DNA of 64,000 nucleotides, from positions 96,001-160,000 of the forward strand of contig CAWCDG010000009.1 in assembly GCA_963794325.1 (NCBI GenBank). The letters run 5' to 3'. The DNA is from an uncultured delta proteobacterium (GTDB taxonomy: Bacteria; Desulfobacterota; Binatia; Binatales; Binataceae). Below the pieces are notes generated by a model, which searched no databases, was not told the DNA's origin, and was given only the letters and a program-made list of their open reading frames with translations. A program made the translations under genes and the position numbers. Of this stretch, positions 19,595 through 30,241 are shown one piece after another (positions within the stretch are counted from its first letter, which is position 1; each line of letters starts with the position of its first letter).

Positions 19595-20161
19595 GTGAGC
19601 ACTCGAACCTTCACGAATCTCGAAACCCCACGCCTGATTCTGAGGCGCTTTCGCGGTTCGGACCTCGCGAGTTTCATGGCCTATCGAAACGATCGCGAAG
19701 TCGCACGCTACCAGTCGTGGGAATCGATTTCCCATGCTGAAGCGGCGAAATTCATCGCGCAGCAGGGACGCCACCGCCCCGGGATTCCCGGCAAGTGGTT
19801 TCAATTCGCGGCGGAAATCAAAGCGGGCGGCGAACTGGCCGGCGATTGCGCACTGCTGGTTATCAGGACGACGCCGCGAATCGGTGAGATCGGCTACACC
19901 TTCGCGCGCGCATACCAGCACAGCGGACTCGCGACTGAGGCTGCGCGAGCGGTGATAGATTTCGCCTTCGATGTGCTCGAGCTCAACCGCGTAATCGCCA
20001 CCACCGATTGCCGCAATGCTCCGTCGGTCGCGCTGATGGAGCGGCTCGGAATGAAAAGGGCAGGGCACTTCCTCCACAACGCCTGGTTCAAGGGCGAATG
20101 GTGCGACGAGTACCAGTATGCGGCGATCCGCGACGAATGGTCGCGCGACTGCCTTTCTTGA
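19595..20161 (+). CDS. GNAT family N-acetyltransferase (RimJ/RimL-like)
   Basis: 'LETPRLILRRF', 'EIGYT', 'N.PS..LMERLGM', 'KGEWCDE'. Confidence 0.9.
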   Translation: MSTRTFTNLETPRLILRRFRGSDLASFMAYRNDREVARYQSWESISHAEAAKFIAQQGRHRPGIPGKWFQFAAEIKAGGELAGDCALLVIRTTPRIGEIGYTFARAYQHSGLATEAARAVIDFAFDVLELNRVIATTDCRNAPSVALMERLGMKRAGHFLHNAWFKGEWCDEYQYAAIRDEWSRDCLS

Positions 20162-20204
20162 CAATCTCGCCCGACGCGTCATTGATACGGCAAGTCCGCC
20201 TTCT

Positions 20205-20360
20205 AACAGGCTGTTGAAAAAGTAATTTTCAACCCCTGTTCCCTCTCTCTTGTCTCCCCCAGAGGGGGAGAGGTTATAGGTAGGAGGACAGTTTTTACGC
20301 AGGGTGTTGAAAAGCTTGAAATCGAAAATGACGATTGGTCCCAGTTTTTCAACACCCCGC
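20205..20360. repeat. Composite MITE/REP-like repeat, copy 2
   Basis: Same structure and orientation as 10570-10724. Confidence 0.85.
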
Positions 20361-20374
20361 CAGGAGGATTCGCC

Positions 20375-21490
20375 ATGACCCGGATAATCGACGCCGACGG
20401 GCATATCGTCGAGCCGCGCGCGCTCTGGCAAGACTACGCCGAGCCGAAATTTCGCGATCGCATGATCCAGATTCGGCGCAATCGCGACGGTGGCGACGAG
20501 CTGTGGATCAACGACGAAAATCGCAGCCGCCCGTCGCTCCCGGTGGCGGCGTCGATGACTCCGGGCGGACTTTCCGATCTAGATCGCGCGCGCAAACTTA
20601 CTTGGGACGACATCCTGCCCGGCGGCTACGATCCTCACGCCCGCATCAAGGTGATGGATGAAGAGGGCATCGACGTCGCCGTTCTTTACCCGTCGTTGTG
20701 GCTGCTCTACGGCGACCTGACCGATCCGCCGCTCGCGGCGGCCGCGTGTCGCGCTTATAACAACTGGCTCGCTGATTTCTGCAAGCCATTTCCGAAACGG
20801 CTGTTCGGCGTCGCACCGATGCCGATCCAGGACGTCAACGAAGCGATCCGCGAGATGCGCCGCGTCGTGCGTGAACTCGGCTTCAAAGCGGTCTTCGTCA
20901 GGCCCAATCCTTTCAATGGGCGCCGTCTCAACGACGCGGCCTACGATCCGTTCTGGCGCGAAGCGCAGGAGCTAGACATTCCGGTCGCCGTTCACGGCAG
21001 CTTCGGTACCAAGATGCCCACGATGGGCGGCGATCGTTATCACGATCCGTTCTTCTTCCACATGGTCTGTCATCCGTTCGAGCAGCAAGCGGCCTGCATG
21101 GATATCGTGTGCGGCGGAGTGCTCGCGCGATTTCCAAAACTGACGGTCGGCTTCCTCGAGTCGGGAATAGGATGGCTCGGGTACTGGCTCGATCGGATGG
21201 ACAGCCATTACGAGAAGATGGGCACCTACGTGCCGTGGCTGAAGCGCAAGCCGAGCGAGTACTTTGTCGAGCAATGCTACATCTCGATGGATCCCGACGA
21301 GAGCACGCTGAAAGCGATGATCGATCTGGGCGTCGAGCGCAACGTGCTATGGGGCTCGGACTACCCGCACTTCGACTGCACCTATCCGGGCGTGGTGCGC
21401 GAGGTAACCCGCGTGCTGGAGAAACTGCCCGCGAGCGCCCGCGACAACATCCTGACGCAGAATGCGCTGCGGTTTTACCGGCTCAGCTAG
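20375..21490 (+). CDS. Amidohydrolase family (amidohydro_2) protein
   Basis: 'IIDADGHIVEP', 'AYNNWLADFC', 'WGSDYPH.D'. Confidence 0.9.
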   Translation: MTRIIDADGHIVEPRALWQDYAEPKFRDRMIQIRRNRDGGDELWINDENRSRPSLPVAASMTPGGLSDLDRARKLTWDDILPGGYDPHARIKVMDEEGIDVAVLYPSLWLLYGDLTDPPLAAAACRAYNNWLADFCKPFPKRLFGVAPMPIQDVNEAIREMRRVVRELGFKAVFVRPNPFNGRRLNDAAYDPFWREAQELDIPVAVHGSFGTKMPTMGGDRYHDPFFFHMVCHPFEQQAACMDIVCGGVLARFPKLTVGFLESGIGWLGYWLDRMDSHYEKMGTYVPWLKRKPSEYFVEQCYISMDPDESTLKAMIDLGVERNVLWGSDYPHFDCTYPGVVREVTRVLEKLPASARDNILTQNALRFYRLS

Positions 21491-21500
21491 TCAGCCCGTA

Positions 21501-21544
21501 TTCCGGTCCCCTTCCAACTATGGGAAGGGGTTAGGGTGGTTAGG
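21501..21544 (+). repeat. REP-like hairpin + TTAGGG tail (degenerate copy)
   Basis: CCCCTTCC..GGGAAGGGGTTAGGGTGGTTAGG; overlaps the TAA stop of the convergent methyltransferase. Confidence 0.7.
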
Positions 21545-22277
21545 TGGCGCGGGCATGTACGATCGCGCCGCCGAGGCCGCCTGCGGCGATTACGCCGTGC
21601 AGACCGGAATACATCGAAAAAACGAAGTTGTACCATTCAGCGCCGCCGATCTTTTCGATCTTGTCGCGCTTGAGCTGAATTCGTCGGACGAACTCCGCGT
21701 ACCATCGCGCGTACTCGGCGTTTAGATCCTCGATATCGCCGGCCTGCCACCCGGCATCACGCAGCATCGCAGCAATCTCCGACAATCGAATCGCATGCGG
21801 CATCATTGGGTTCGGCGTATCACCCGCCTTCGCGCCGACGGTGTAGTCGAAGATGACGAGCGCAGCACCGGGCGTCGCCACTTTGCGTAAGCCCGCCAGC
21901 GCCTCGGGTTGGCGATCGAACGCGTAGAACGCGTTGAGCATGTAGATGACGTCAAACTTTCGCGTGACGGTGCGCGGTACATCGAGCACGTCGCAAACGT
22001 GAAATTCAATTTCTGGATAGGTAGTGCGCGCGTACTCGATCGATTCGGCGTCGCGATCGATTCCTTCGACATTCCCCCATCCATGCCGCCGCAAATATTC
22101 CGCGCTGCCGCCACGCCCGCATCCGACGTCGAGCAACCAACTGTCGCCGTTTTTCGGAATCGAACGAAACGAGCGCTCGATCGCTTCTTCCTCGCCGGCA
22201 TGCGCGTAATCGCCCTCGCGAATCAGCGCGAGGATCCGCTTGCCTTCGAATGAGTTCATGTTCATCGGCGATGGCAT
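21540..22277 (-). CDS. Class I SAM-dependent methyltransferase
   Basis: 'LLDVGCGRGG' motif I; start probably MPSPM/MNMNS. Confidence 0.85.
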   Translation of the reverse strand: MPSPMNMNSFEGKRILALIREGDYAHAGEEEAIERSFRSIPKNGDSWLLDVGCGRGGSAEYLRRHGWGNVEGIDRDAESIEYARTTYPEIEFHVCDVLDVPRTVTRKFDVIYMLNAFYAFDRQPEALAGLRKVATPGAALVIFDYTVGAKAGDTPNPMMPHAIRLSEIAAMLRDAGWQAGDIEDLNAEYARWYAEFVRRIQLKRDKIEKIGGAEWYNFVFSMYSGLHGVIAAGGLGGAIVHARAT

Positions 22278-22392
22278 GGCGCTTGAGCCAGTATAGTACC
22301 TCAAAGGATTTTGCCCGAAGAGCGCCCAAATGATAGTCATGCGCGGCATGACGACGAATGCGGGGGCTCGCCGTCGGGGAGGGAAATTCACA

Positions 22393-23829
22393 ATGCCCGC
22401 AAGTCTCGGCCGTGCCCGAATCGTTGTTCCGATCGCGCTTCTGACTTTCACGCTGATGTTTGGCGGATCAGCGCTGGCCAAGCCAGCGACCTTCTGCGTC
22501 AACCCGGGCGGCACTGCTGGATGCTTCTCGAAGATCCAGGATGCGGTGAACGCAACGGGAAAATCCGGTTCCGTCGTCAACGTCGCTGTCGGAGCCTACT
22601 TCGACAATGTGACTGTTCCGAAAATCAAGCTGACCATAAACGCCGATCCCGACACGGCAATTTTTGGGAACACCAGTGATCCGATCCTCACGATTGCCGC
22701 CGGCGCGAAAGTAACCATCAACAATCTGCAATTCCAGGACACATTTACCAGCTCATCATGCATCGAGAGCCATGGCAGCCTGACGATGCACAACGTTGCA
22801 GTCTTTCTTTGCGCCGGAATGAGAGGCGCGGCGATCCACCAGATCGGCGGGAAGCTTACGATCACCGACAGCGAGATCAACGGCAACGAGGCGACGGAAA
22901 ACGGTGGATGTCTGGCGATGGAAGGCGGCAAACTGAATCTTCGGAATACCGACCTTACTAACTGCTTTGCAGGCGGAGACGGCGGCGCGCTCTGGCTGTC
23001 AAACACCAAGGCCAATATCGTCGGTCGCGCCGGCGAAGCTCACCAACCGTCGCTTAATATCATGAGCAACCAGGCGTCTGGTTCCGGCGGAGGTATCTTT
23101 GCCAGCGGCGGAAAAATCTCCATCGAAGCGACGATCCTGTCGGACAACTTTGCGACGGGTGGAGATGGCGGCGGAATTGATTCGATCTCGTCCTTGACGA
23201 TCACCAACAGTGTCATCGAGAACAACACCTCGCTCGACGACGGCGGCGGTATCCTGGCTCAGCCGACGGGCAAACTCAGCGTGATCAACAGCTCGATCAT
23301 CGGCAACAACTCTGACGAGAGCGACGGGGGCGGAATTGCGGCGGAGACGACGTTCAACCTGGTTAACGATACGCTGTTCGGTAACCGCAGCGCTCAAAAT
23401 GGCGGGGCGATCCTCGCTCAAGCGAACGGTAAAATCGGCTCGCTGACGATCGACGGCAACCACTCAGTGCACGGTAACGGCGGCGGCATCGACATCGCCA
23501 GCGGCTCGGTGAAAATCTCGAACACGATCATGGCGCTGAATTCGGCGCCGATGGAATTCGCCCAGGACTGCGGTGGCAGCTTCGTGTCGCAGGGCTTCAA
23601 CCTGATCTTTGACACGACAGGATGTACGGTTTCCGGGCAGACCGCGTCGAACATCACCGGCGAAGATCCCAATCTTGGCGCACCAGGGCCGTTCGACGTT
23701 AAGATCGTGCAGGAGCCGAATCAGGGGAGCCCGGTGCTCGGCGCCGGCGGGCATTGCCAGAAGACCGACGAGCGATTGCACTCACGCCCGAAGACCCGAT
23801 GCGACATCGGCGCCTTCGAATCGCCGTAA
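22393..23829 (+). CDS. Secreted right-handed beta-helix protein (GGAI/polymorphic repeat, choice-of-anchor Q-like C-terminus)
   Basis: Repeated 'N.A..GGGI'; C-terminal 'D.R...RP...CDIGAFE'. Confidence 0.8.
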   Translation: MPASLGRARIVVPIALLTFTLMFGGSALAKPATFCVNPGGTAGCFSKIQDAVNATGKSGSVVNVAVGAYFDNVTVPKIKLTINADPDTAIFGNTSDPILTIAAGAKVTINNLQFQDTFTSSSCIESHGSLTMHNVAVFLCAGMRGAAIHQIGGKLTITDSEINGNEATENGGCLAMEGGKLNLRNTDLTNCFAGGDGGALWLSNTKANIVGRAGEAHQPSLNIMSNQASGSGGGIFASGGKISIEATILSDNFATGGDGGGIDSISSLTITNSVIENNTSLDDGGGILAQPTGKLSVINSSIIGNNSDESDGGGIAAETTFNLVNDTLFGNRSAQNGGAILAQANGKIGSLTIDGNHSVHGNGGGIDIASGSVKISNTIMALNSAPMEFAQDCGGSFVSQGFNLIFDTTGCTVSGQTASNITGEDPNLGAPGPFDVKIVQEPNQGSPVLGAGGHCQKTDERLHSRPKTRCDIGAFESP

Positions 23830-23943
23830 GTTCGCTAGCGATAAATATCACCCTCGCGACGCTTGCTTGCGCTATGGCGGGAGCGACTCCATACTCCGGC
23901 GCGTAGTCGGTTCGCGGGGTAGCGAGTCGCGCGGGGAGATCAA

Positions 23944-25113
23944 ATGATTCGACAGATTGGGCTCCGGGTATTTGTGTGTCTGTTTTTCCTGATTGCAGCG
24001 GCTCCGGCTCGCGCGGGCGACGTTGCTGAGGCGCTGACCACCTTCGCGGCTGCCAAGGTCGTAATCGGACAAAAGGACTTCACCGGCGGCGATTGTAATC
24101 GAGTGACGGAGATTCCCGCCGCTAACACTCTTTGCGAGGGGGAAGGTGCTCCGGCGTTGGGCAAGAAACGACTTTACATTCCCGACAGCGTTAACGAGCG
24201 CGTGTTGGGATTCAAGAAAATCCCGAAAAAGAATGGCGCATCCGCCAAGTTCGTGCTCGGTCAGACCAACTTCTCGAACATCAGTCCTGGGACGGACAGT
24301 AAGTCTTTCGATTATCCATCGCGACTTGCGATTGCGGGCAGTCAGCTATTCGTGGTGGATTTCAGCAACAACCGCGTGCTCATCTGGAACAAGCTGCCGA
24401 CCAAGACCGACACGCCCGCGAATGTGGTAGTCGGCCAACCCGACTTTAACTCAAGTACAGGCGAGGTCACCCAATCGGGGCTGCGCGGTCCGGACGCGGT
24501 GGCGGTCGCAGGTGGCAAGCTGTTCGTATCAGACCACGCGAACAATCGAGTCCTGATTTGGAATCCGATTCCTACCGCCAATGGCGCGAATGCAAATGTC
24601 GTACTGGGCCAGGCCGATTTCACCAGTTCCGGCACCGCGACCAGTCAAACCGGGTTAGATGGGCCGGCCGGGCTATGGAGCGACGGCACCCGGCTGGTGG
24701 TCGCGGATTTCTTTAACAACCGGGTACTGATTTGGAAAAGCATTCCGACCGCCAATGACGCGCCGGCCGATTTAGTCGTGGGACAACCGGATTTCAACTC
24801 CAGCAGCGTCTCGGGGATAACCGCGCAAAGCCTCGAGGAACCAGGCGACGTAACATCGGATGGCACCAGATTGTTGGTGGCGGATTCGAGAAACAATCGC
24901 GTACTGGTGTACGCACCTTTTCCCACTGCGAACGATCCAGCAGCCAGCATCGTGCTCGGTCAAGCCGATTTCACACATGACCTGGCGAATGCGGGAAATG
25001 CAACGCCATCTGCGCAAACTCTCAACGATCCTTTCGGTGTATCTGTGATCGGCAAGCAACTGTTCGTCGACGACAATGGCAACTCGCGGATCTTGATATT
25101 TAGCTTGCAGTAA
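23944..25113 (+). CDS. Secreted NHL-repeat beta-propeller protein
   Basis: Repeated 'L.V.D..NNRVLIW..P.....A..V.GQ.DF'. Confidence 0.85.
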   Translation: MIRQIGLRVFVCLFFLIAAAPARAGDVAEALTTFAAAKVVIGQKDFTGGDCNRVTEIPAANTLCEGEGAPALGKKRLYIPDSVNERVLGFKKIPKKNGASAKFVLGQTNFSNISPGTDSKSFDYPSRLAIAGSQLFVVDFSNNRVLIWNKLPTKTDTPANVVVGQPDFNSSTGEVTQSGLRGPDAVAVAGGKLFVSDHANNRVLIWNPIPTANGANANVVLGQADFTSSGTATSQTGLDGPAGLWSDGTRLVVADFFNNRVLIWKSIPTANDAPADLVVGQPDFNSSSVSGITAQSLEEPGDVTSDGTRLLVADSRNNRVLVYAPFPTANDPAASIVLGQADFTHDLANAGNATPSAQTLNDPFGVSVIGKQLFVDDNGNSRILIFSLQ

Positions 25114-25155
25114 GTGACAGCCGCCACGTCGCGTGTGTCCGGGGCGGCGACGATT

Positions 25156-28100
25156 CTACGAGGCGAGGCGGCCGTCTGCCGGTTCTGAAGTTTGCGGGGC
25201 CGCGATCTTTTTGGTCGCTGGCTGGATAGCCGGCACAACCTCGCGCCCTTCGCGCCACGCGTTGTAACGTTCCAGGAAAGCTTCCATGTAAGTGTAGAAG
25301 ACCGGTGTTATGTAGAGGGTCAGGAACTGCGAGAAGAACAGACCTCCCACTACTGCCACGCCTAGCGGACGGCGCGACGATCCGCCGGCGCCCAGTCCTA
25401 TGGCGATCGGCAAGGTTCCCATCAGCGCCGCCATCGTGGTCATCATGATCGGGCGGAAGCGGATGATGCAGCCCTCGAAGATCGCGTCGGCCGGCGATTT
25501 GCCTTCGGTGCGCTGAGCATCGAGCGCGAAGTCGATCATCATGATGGCGTTCTTCTTGACCAGACCCACCAGCATGATCACGCCGACAAATGCGAACAGG
25601 TCGAGCTCCATCCCGAACAGCCACAGCGTCATCAACGCGCCGAAGCCCGCCGACGGCAGGCCGGAGAGAATCGTGATCGGATGGATGAAACTTTCGTAGA
25701 GCACGCCCAGCACCAGGTAGATGACGAGGATCGTCATCATCAGCAACACGCCGAGTCCCGAGAGCGACGACTCGAATGCCTGCGCAGTGCCCTGGAAGTC
25801 CGTCGTGATGCTATCGGGCAGCGTCGCCGCCGCAAGCTTGTTCACCTCGCCGAGCGCTTTGCCCAGTGAAACGCCGGGCGCGACGTCGAATGAAATCGTC
25901 GCCGACGGCAGTTGTCCCGAATGGTTAACCTGCAAGGGCCCCAGCGATCGCGTGAACTTGACCAGCGTGTCGAGCGGCACCAGCGCGCCGCTGGACGATC
26001 GCACGTACAGCAGCGACAGCGTGCCCGGCTCGGACTGGTACTGCGGCTCGACCTCCATGATGACCCAGTACTCGTCGTTGGGCGCGTAGATTGTCGAGAT
26101 CTGGCGCGAGCCATAGGCATTGTAGAGCGCGTCCTCGATCGCTCCCGCGGAAATTCCCAGCGAGTGCGCCTTGTCGCGATCGATGTCGATACTCACCTGC
26201 GGATTTTCAACTTGCAGGTCGCTGTTGACGCCGCGCAAATCCGGCAGCTGGCGCAGTTTCGATTCGAGCAGCGGCGCGTACTTGTAGAGCGTCGCGGTGT
26301 TCTGACTCTGCAGCGTCATCTGGTACATGCTGCGCGTGAATTGCGCGCCAATCCGAATGGGCGGCGGATTCTGCAGAAACACGCGCAGCCCGGGCACGCT
26401 GTTCAGCACCGGCCGCCACTTCGTGATCAATTGATCGACGCTGAGCGCGCGCTCCGACGCCGGCTTCAGATGCAGAAAAATAATTCCCGAATTGGTTGCA
26501 CCGCCCGGACCGCCCGATCCCACGCTGACGAAGTAGCTGCGAATGCTCGGGTCGTCCTTGATCAGGCTGGCGGCGGCGAGTTGATGCTCGACCATCGAGT
26601 CGTAGGAAATTCCCTGCGCCGCGAGCGTGAAGATGATCAACTGGTCGGCGTCTTCCGACGGCAGGAAGCCCTTGGGAATCGCGTAGAACATGTAGATCGT
26701 CGCTAGCAGCAGCGCGCCTGAAAAATACATCGTCGCGCGCCGATGACGCATCACCCACGACAGGCTGCGCTGATAACCGTCGAGCATCCGATCGAACCAG
26801 CGCTCGGTGACTGCGTAAAGTTTTCCGTGACGCTCGCTGCCGGGCGGCCGCAAAAAGCGCGAGCAGAGCATCGGCGTCAACGTCAGCGACACGAAGCCCG
26901 ACACCAGAATCGCCGCGCCAATCGTGACGGCGAACTCATGCAGCAGACGTCCGAGAATCCCGCCCATGAACAACACCGGGATGAACACCGCCGCGAGCGA
27001 GAACGTCATCGACAGGATGGTGAAACCGATCTCGCTGGCGCCATCGAGCGACGCGGTCATCACGTCCTTGCCCATCTCCATGTGGCGCACGATGTTCTCG
27101 AGCATGACGATCGCGTCATCGACCACGAAGCCGACTGCGAGCGTGATTGCCATCAGCGAGAGATTGTCGAGCGAGTAGTCGAGCGCCCACATGACGGCAA
27201 ACGTGCCGATGATCGACATCGGCAGCGCCAGGCTCGGGATGATCGTCGCGGACAGGTTGCGCAGGAACAGGAAGATCACCATCACGACCAGGAAGATGGT
27301 GAGCAGCAGCGTGTACTGGACGTCGTTGACCGACGCGCGAATCGTCTCGGCATGATCGCCGAGCGTGTTGATATGCAGCGAGGCGGGCACTTCCGCGCGG
27401 AAGGCGGGAATCAGGCGCAGCACATTGTCGACGACTTCGACCGTGTTGGTGCCCGGCTGACGTTGCACCGCGAGCACTACGGCACGTTCGCCGTTCGACC
27501 ATCCCGCGGTCTTGTCGTTCTGCACGCTGTCGAGCACGCGCCCGACATCCTCGAGCCGCACCGGCGAACCGTTTTGATACGCGACGATCAGCGATCGATA
27601 CGCCGCGGCGTTGGTCAACTGACCCTTGGTGTCGACGGTGAACGCCTGGTGTTTGCCGTAGAGCGTGCCGGTCGGCATATCGACGTTGGCATTCTGGATT
27701 GCGGTAGAGACCTCGTCGATGCCGATACCGCGGGTCGCCAGCGCCTTGGGATCGAGCTGAATCCGCACCGCGTACTTTTGCGATCCGTACACCTGCACCT
27801 GCGCGACGCCGGAGACCATCGAGATGCGCTCGGCCAGGTACGTCTCGGCATACTGATCGACCTGCGAAATCGGCATCGTGTTCGAGCTGAGCCCGAGATA
27901 CAGAATCGGCTGATCGGCGGGATTAACTTTGCGGTACGAAGGCGGACTCGGCATCCCCTGCGGCAGTTCGGCCTGCGTTTCGGCGATCGCGGCTTGCACG
28001 TCCTGCGCGCCGGCGTCGATATTCCGCGTGAGATTGAACTGCAGCGTGATGTTGGTCGAGCCCTGGATATTCGACGAGGTCATCGAGTCCAGGCCGGCGA

Positions 28101-28320
28101 TCGTCGAGAACTGTTTCTCGAGCGGTGTGGCGACCGACGAGGCCATCGTCTCGGGACTCGCGCCGGGCAGGCTTGCGCTCACGACGATCGTCGGGAAATC
28201 GACGTTGGGCAGATCGTTCACCGGCAGATATCGATACGCCATCAAGCCGAATAGCACGATCGCGAGCGAACTCAGCGTCGTCATCACCGGGCGGCGAATA
28301 AATCCTTCAGCGATATTCAT
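25156..28320 (-). CDS. RND efflux permease, MdtB/MdtC-like
   Basis: 'FIRRPVMT', 'LPNVDFPTI', 'GFVVDDAIVMLENI', 'KKNAIMMIDFA', 'RFRPIMMTT'. Confidence 0.92.
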   Translation of the reverse strand: MNIAEGFIRRPVMTTLSSLAIVLFGLMAYRYLPVNDLPNVDFPTIVVSASLPGASPETMASSVATPLEKQFSTIAGLDSMTSSNIQGSTNITLQFNLTRNIDAGAQDVQAAIAETQAELPQGMPSPPSYRKVNPADQPILYLGLSSNTMPISQVDQYAETYLAERISMVSGVAQVQVYGSQKYAVRIQLDPKALATRGIGIDEVSTAIQNANVDMPTGTLYGKHQAFTVDTKGQLTNAAAYRSLIVAYQNGSPVRLEDVGRVLDSVQNDKTAGWSNGERAVVLAVQRQPGTNTVEVVDNVLRLIPAFRAEVPASLHINTLGDHAETIRASVNDVQYTLLLTIFLVVMVIFLFLRNLSATIIPSLALPMSIIGTFAVMWALDYSLDNLSLMAITLAVGFVVDDAIVMLENIVRHMEMGKDVMTASLDGASEIGFTILSMTFSLAAVFIPVLFMGGILGRLLHEFAVTIGAAILVSGFVSLTLTPMLCSRFLRPPGSERHGKLYAVTERWFDRMLDGYQRSLSWVMRHRRATMYFSGALLLATIYMFYAIPKGFLPSEDADQLIIFTLAAQGISYDSMVEHQLAAASLIKDDPSIRSYFVSVGSGGPGGATNSGIIFLHLKPASERALSVDQLITKWRPVLNSVPGLRVFLQNPPPIRIGAQFTRSMYQMTLQSQNTATLYKYAPLLESKLRQLPDLRGVNSDLQVENPQVSIDIDRDKAHSLGISAGAIEDALYNAYGSRQISTIYAPNDEYWVIMEVEPQYQSEPGTLSLLYVRSSSGALVPLDTLVKFTRSLGPLQVNHSGQLPSATISFDVAPGVSLGKALGEVNKLAAATLPDSITTDFQGTAQAFESSLSGLGVLLMMTILVIYLVLGVLYESFIHPITILSGLPSAGFGALMTLWLFGMELDLFAFVGVIMLVGLVKKNAIMMIDFALDAQRTEGKSPADAIFEGCIIRFRPIMMTTMAALMGTLPIAIGLGAGGSSRRPLGVAVVGGLFFSQFLTLYITPVFYTYMEAFLERYNAWREGREVVPAIQPATKKIAAPQTSEPADGRLAS

Positions 28321-29489
28321 GACGCTGCGCCGCCCTCGGCGTTCAGGCCGCTTTTAATCGTAACCGTCGAACCGGGAATCAGCCTGAGCTGCCCGTCGGT
28401 AACGACTGTTTCGCCCGGCTTGAGCCCGCTGGTCACAACGGTCTGATTGTCGATCGATTCGCCGATCACGATCGGCCTGATCTCGGCTTTCATACTCGGC
28501 TTCACGACGAAAACGAACGAGCCCTGTTGCCCCGTCTGGACGGCCTGCGACGGCACCAGGATCGCGCCCGGATGTTCGTGCAGTACCAGCGTAGTATTGA
28601 CGAACTCGCCCGGCCATAGGCGCGCATCGGCGTTGGAAAATAGCCCCTTGAGATTTATCGTGCCGGTCTTCGCGTCAACGCTGTTATCGACGAAGCTCAG
28701 CTCGCCCGACTCGAGCGGACCCTGCTGTTCCGGCAATGAGACCTGGACAGCGAGCTTGCGCTCCGCCATGAACTCGCGCACGGCGGGCAGCTTCTGTTCG
28801 GGTATCGCGAAATCGACGTACACCGGATGCACCTGGTTGATCACAACCATCGCAGTGTCGGCGTCAGGCTTCACCAGGGCGCCGGCATGCACGAGCAAGT
28901 CGCCGGTGCGTCCGTCGATCGGCGCGCGAATCGAGGTGTACTCGAGATTCAATTGAGCGGTCTGCACCGCCGCTTCATCGGCTTCGACCGAGGCCTTGAG
29001 CGAGCCGGCCGCCGCCTCGGCCTGATCGTATTGCTGGCGCGATCCGACTTCCTGTTTGAGCAGCGTCGAGTAGCGCTGCCAATCGGCCGCCGCCTGCCGA
29101 TACTGCGCGCGATCCTTGGCGAGGTTCGCCTGTGCTTGATGAAGCGCGGCTTCGAATGGACGCGGATCGATCGTGAACAGCAGGTCGCCCTGCTTGACGT
29201 CTTGTCCTTGCCGGAAGTTCACCTGCATGATCTGCCCGTTGATCTGCGCCTTCACCTCGACGGTCGAGAAGGCCTCGACCCGGCCTATCGCGCGGATCGT
29301 ATCGGCGACAGTCTTCTGCTCGACCTTGGCCGCGAGAATCGGCACCGCCTCGCGCTCGCCGAAAGTATCAGCAGGCCCGTGCGAGCATCCCGCTATCGCA
29401 ATCAGTGCGAGCATCGGGACGAAAGCTGTCGCGCACCATCGCTTCAAGGTGAGATTGCCTTTCAACTCCGGCTTGCGGATAAACCGCAC
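28317..29489 (-). CDS. RND membrane fusion protein, MdtA-like
   Basis: Lipobox, 'IDPRPF', 'IRAPIDGRTG', 'LWPGEFV', 'GETVVTDGQLRL'. Confidence 0.9.
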   Translation of the reverse strand: MRFIRKPELKGNLTLKRWCATAFVPMLALIAIAGCSHGPADTFGEREAVPILAAKVEQKTVADTIRAIGRVEAFSTVEVKAQINGQIMQVNFRQGQDVKQGDLLFTIDPRPFEAALHQAQANLAKDRAQYRQAAADWQRYSTLLKQEVGSRQQYDQAEAAAGSLKASVEADEAAVQTAQLNLEYTSIRAPIDGRTGDLLVHAGALVKPDADTAMVVINQVHPVYVDFAIPEQKLPAVREFMAERKLAVQVSLPEQQGPLESGELSFVDNSVDAKTGTINLKGLFSNADARLWPGEFVNTTLVLHEHPGAILVPSQAVQTGQQGSFVFVVKPSMKAEIRPIVIGESIDNQTVVTSGLKPGETVVTDGQLRLIPGSTVTIKSGLNAEGGAAS

Positions 29490-29650
29490 AGCCGGGAGAG
29501 TGTTACGTCGTCAAAGTAGCGTTGAGGATATTATCAGGCCCGCGCAACACGAGAAAATCACGAATGTCGACCGAAACCGCACTCCGGGTCAGTCTTTTCT
29601 GTCCAGAAGGGGGCGGGTTGAGGGAAGAGATTCCTAAATTACCCCGATAG

Positions 29651-30226
29651 CTATCGCGAGGCTTCCGACACGAGCGCCGGATGATGCGCCGGCAACTGGC
29701 AGAAACTGTCGCTCTCGATTTGCAGCGCTCGATTGAATCGCGCGCGCATATTCTCGAGCGCGATAGTCGCCGTCAGATCGACGATTTGCTCGGTATTGAA
29801 ATGCCGCTTGAGCTCCTCGAACACATCGTCGGGCACATCGACTGAAGCCAGCGTCATCTCTTCTGCATAGCGCAGCGCCGCGCGCTCGGCGGGAGTGAAT
29901 AGCGGATTCTCCGCATACTCCGCCAGTGCGGCGAGCTTCTCTTCGCTAAGTCCGACCCGGCTGCCACCGGCAGCATTGATATCTATTCAGAAAACGCACC
30001 CGATCATCTGCGCTGCGCGCAAACAAACCATCCGCTTCAGAGCCGGCGGAGTGACCTTCGAGCTTTCGATCGACTGCTGGAATATCGACATCGTGAATGT
30101 GATACCGGGTCGATACGCCCACGCCTTATACGGATTGAGAACTTTGCCGAGCTGCCGCTTCATCATCCAGGTGAACGGCTTCAGGAGCCAGCTAATCTGA
30201 TTTTCTTCGAGCGGTTCAATACGCAT
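29651..30226 (-). CDS. AhpD/carboxymuconolactone decarboxylase-family protein with in-frame TGA (putative selenocysteine, CxxU)
   Basis: ORFs 29987-30226 and 29651-29857 are in one frame: ..AAQMIGCVF(TGA)IDINAAGGSRVGLSEEKL..FTPAERAALRYAEEMT..; 191 aa if read through. Confidence 0.85.
29960..29974 (-). promoter_or_regulatory. Bacterial SECIS-like hairpin
   Basis: GCTGCC-GGT-GGCAGC starts 12 nt 3' of the UGA, with G in the apical loop. Confidence 0.65.
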
Positions 30227-30241
30227 AGGAATAAACTCCGG

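Noticed and set aside
26743-28254. 503-aa plus-strand ORF
   Set aside because: Antisense shadow of the RND permease, common in high-GC DNA
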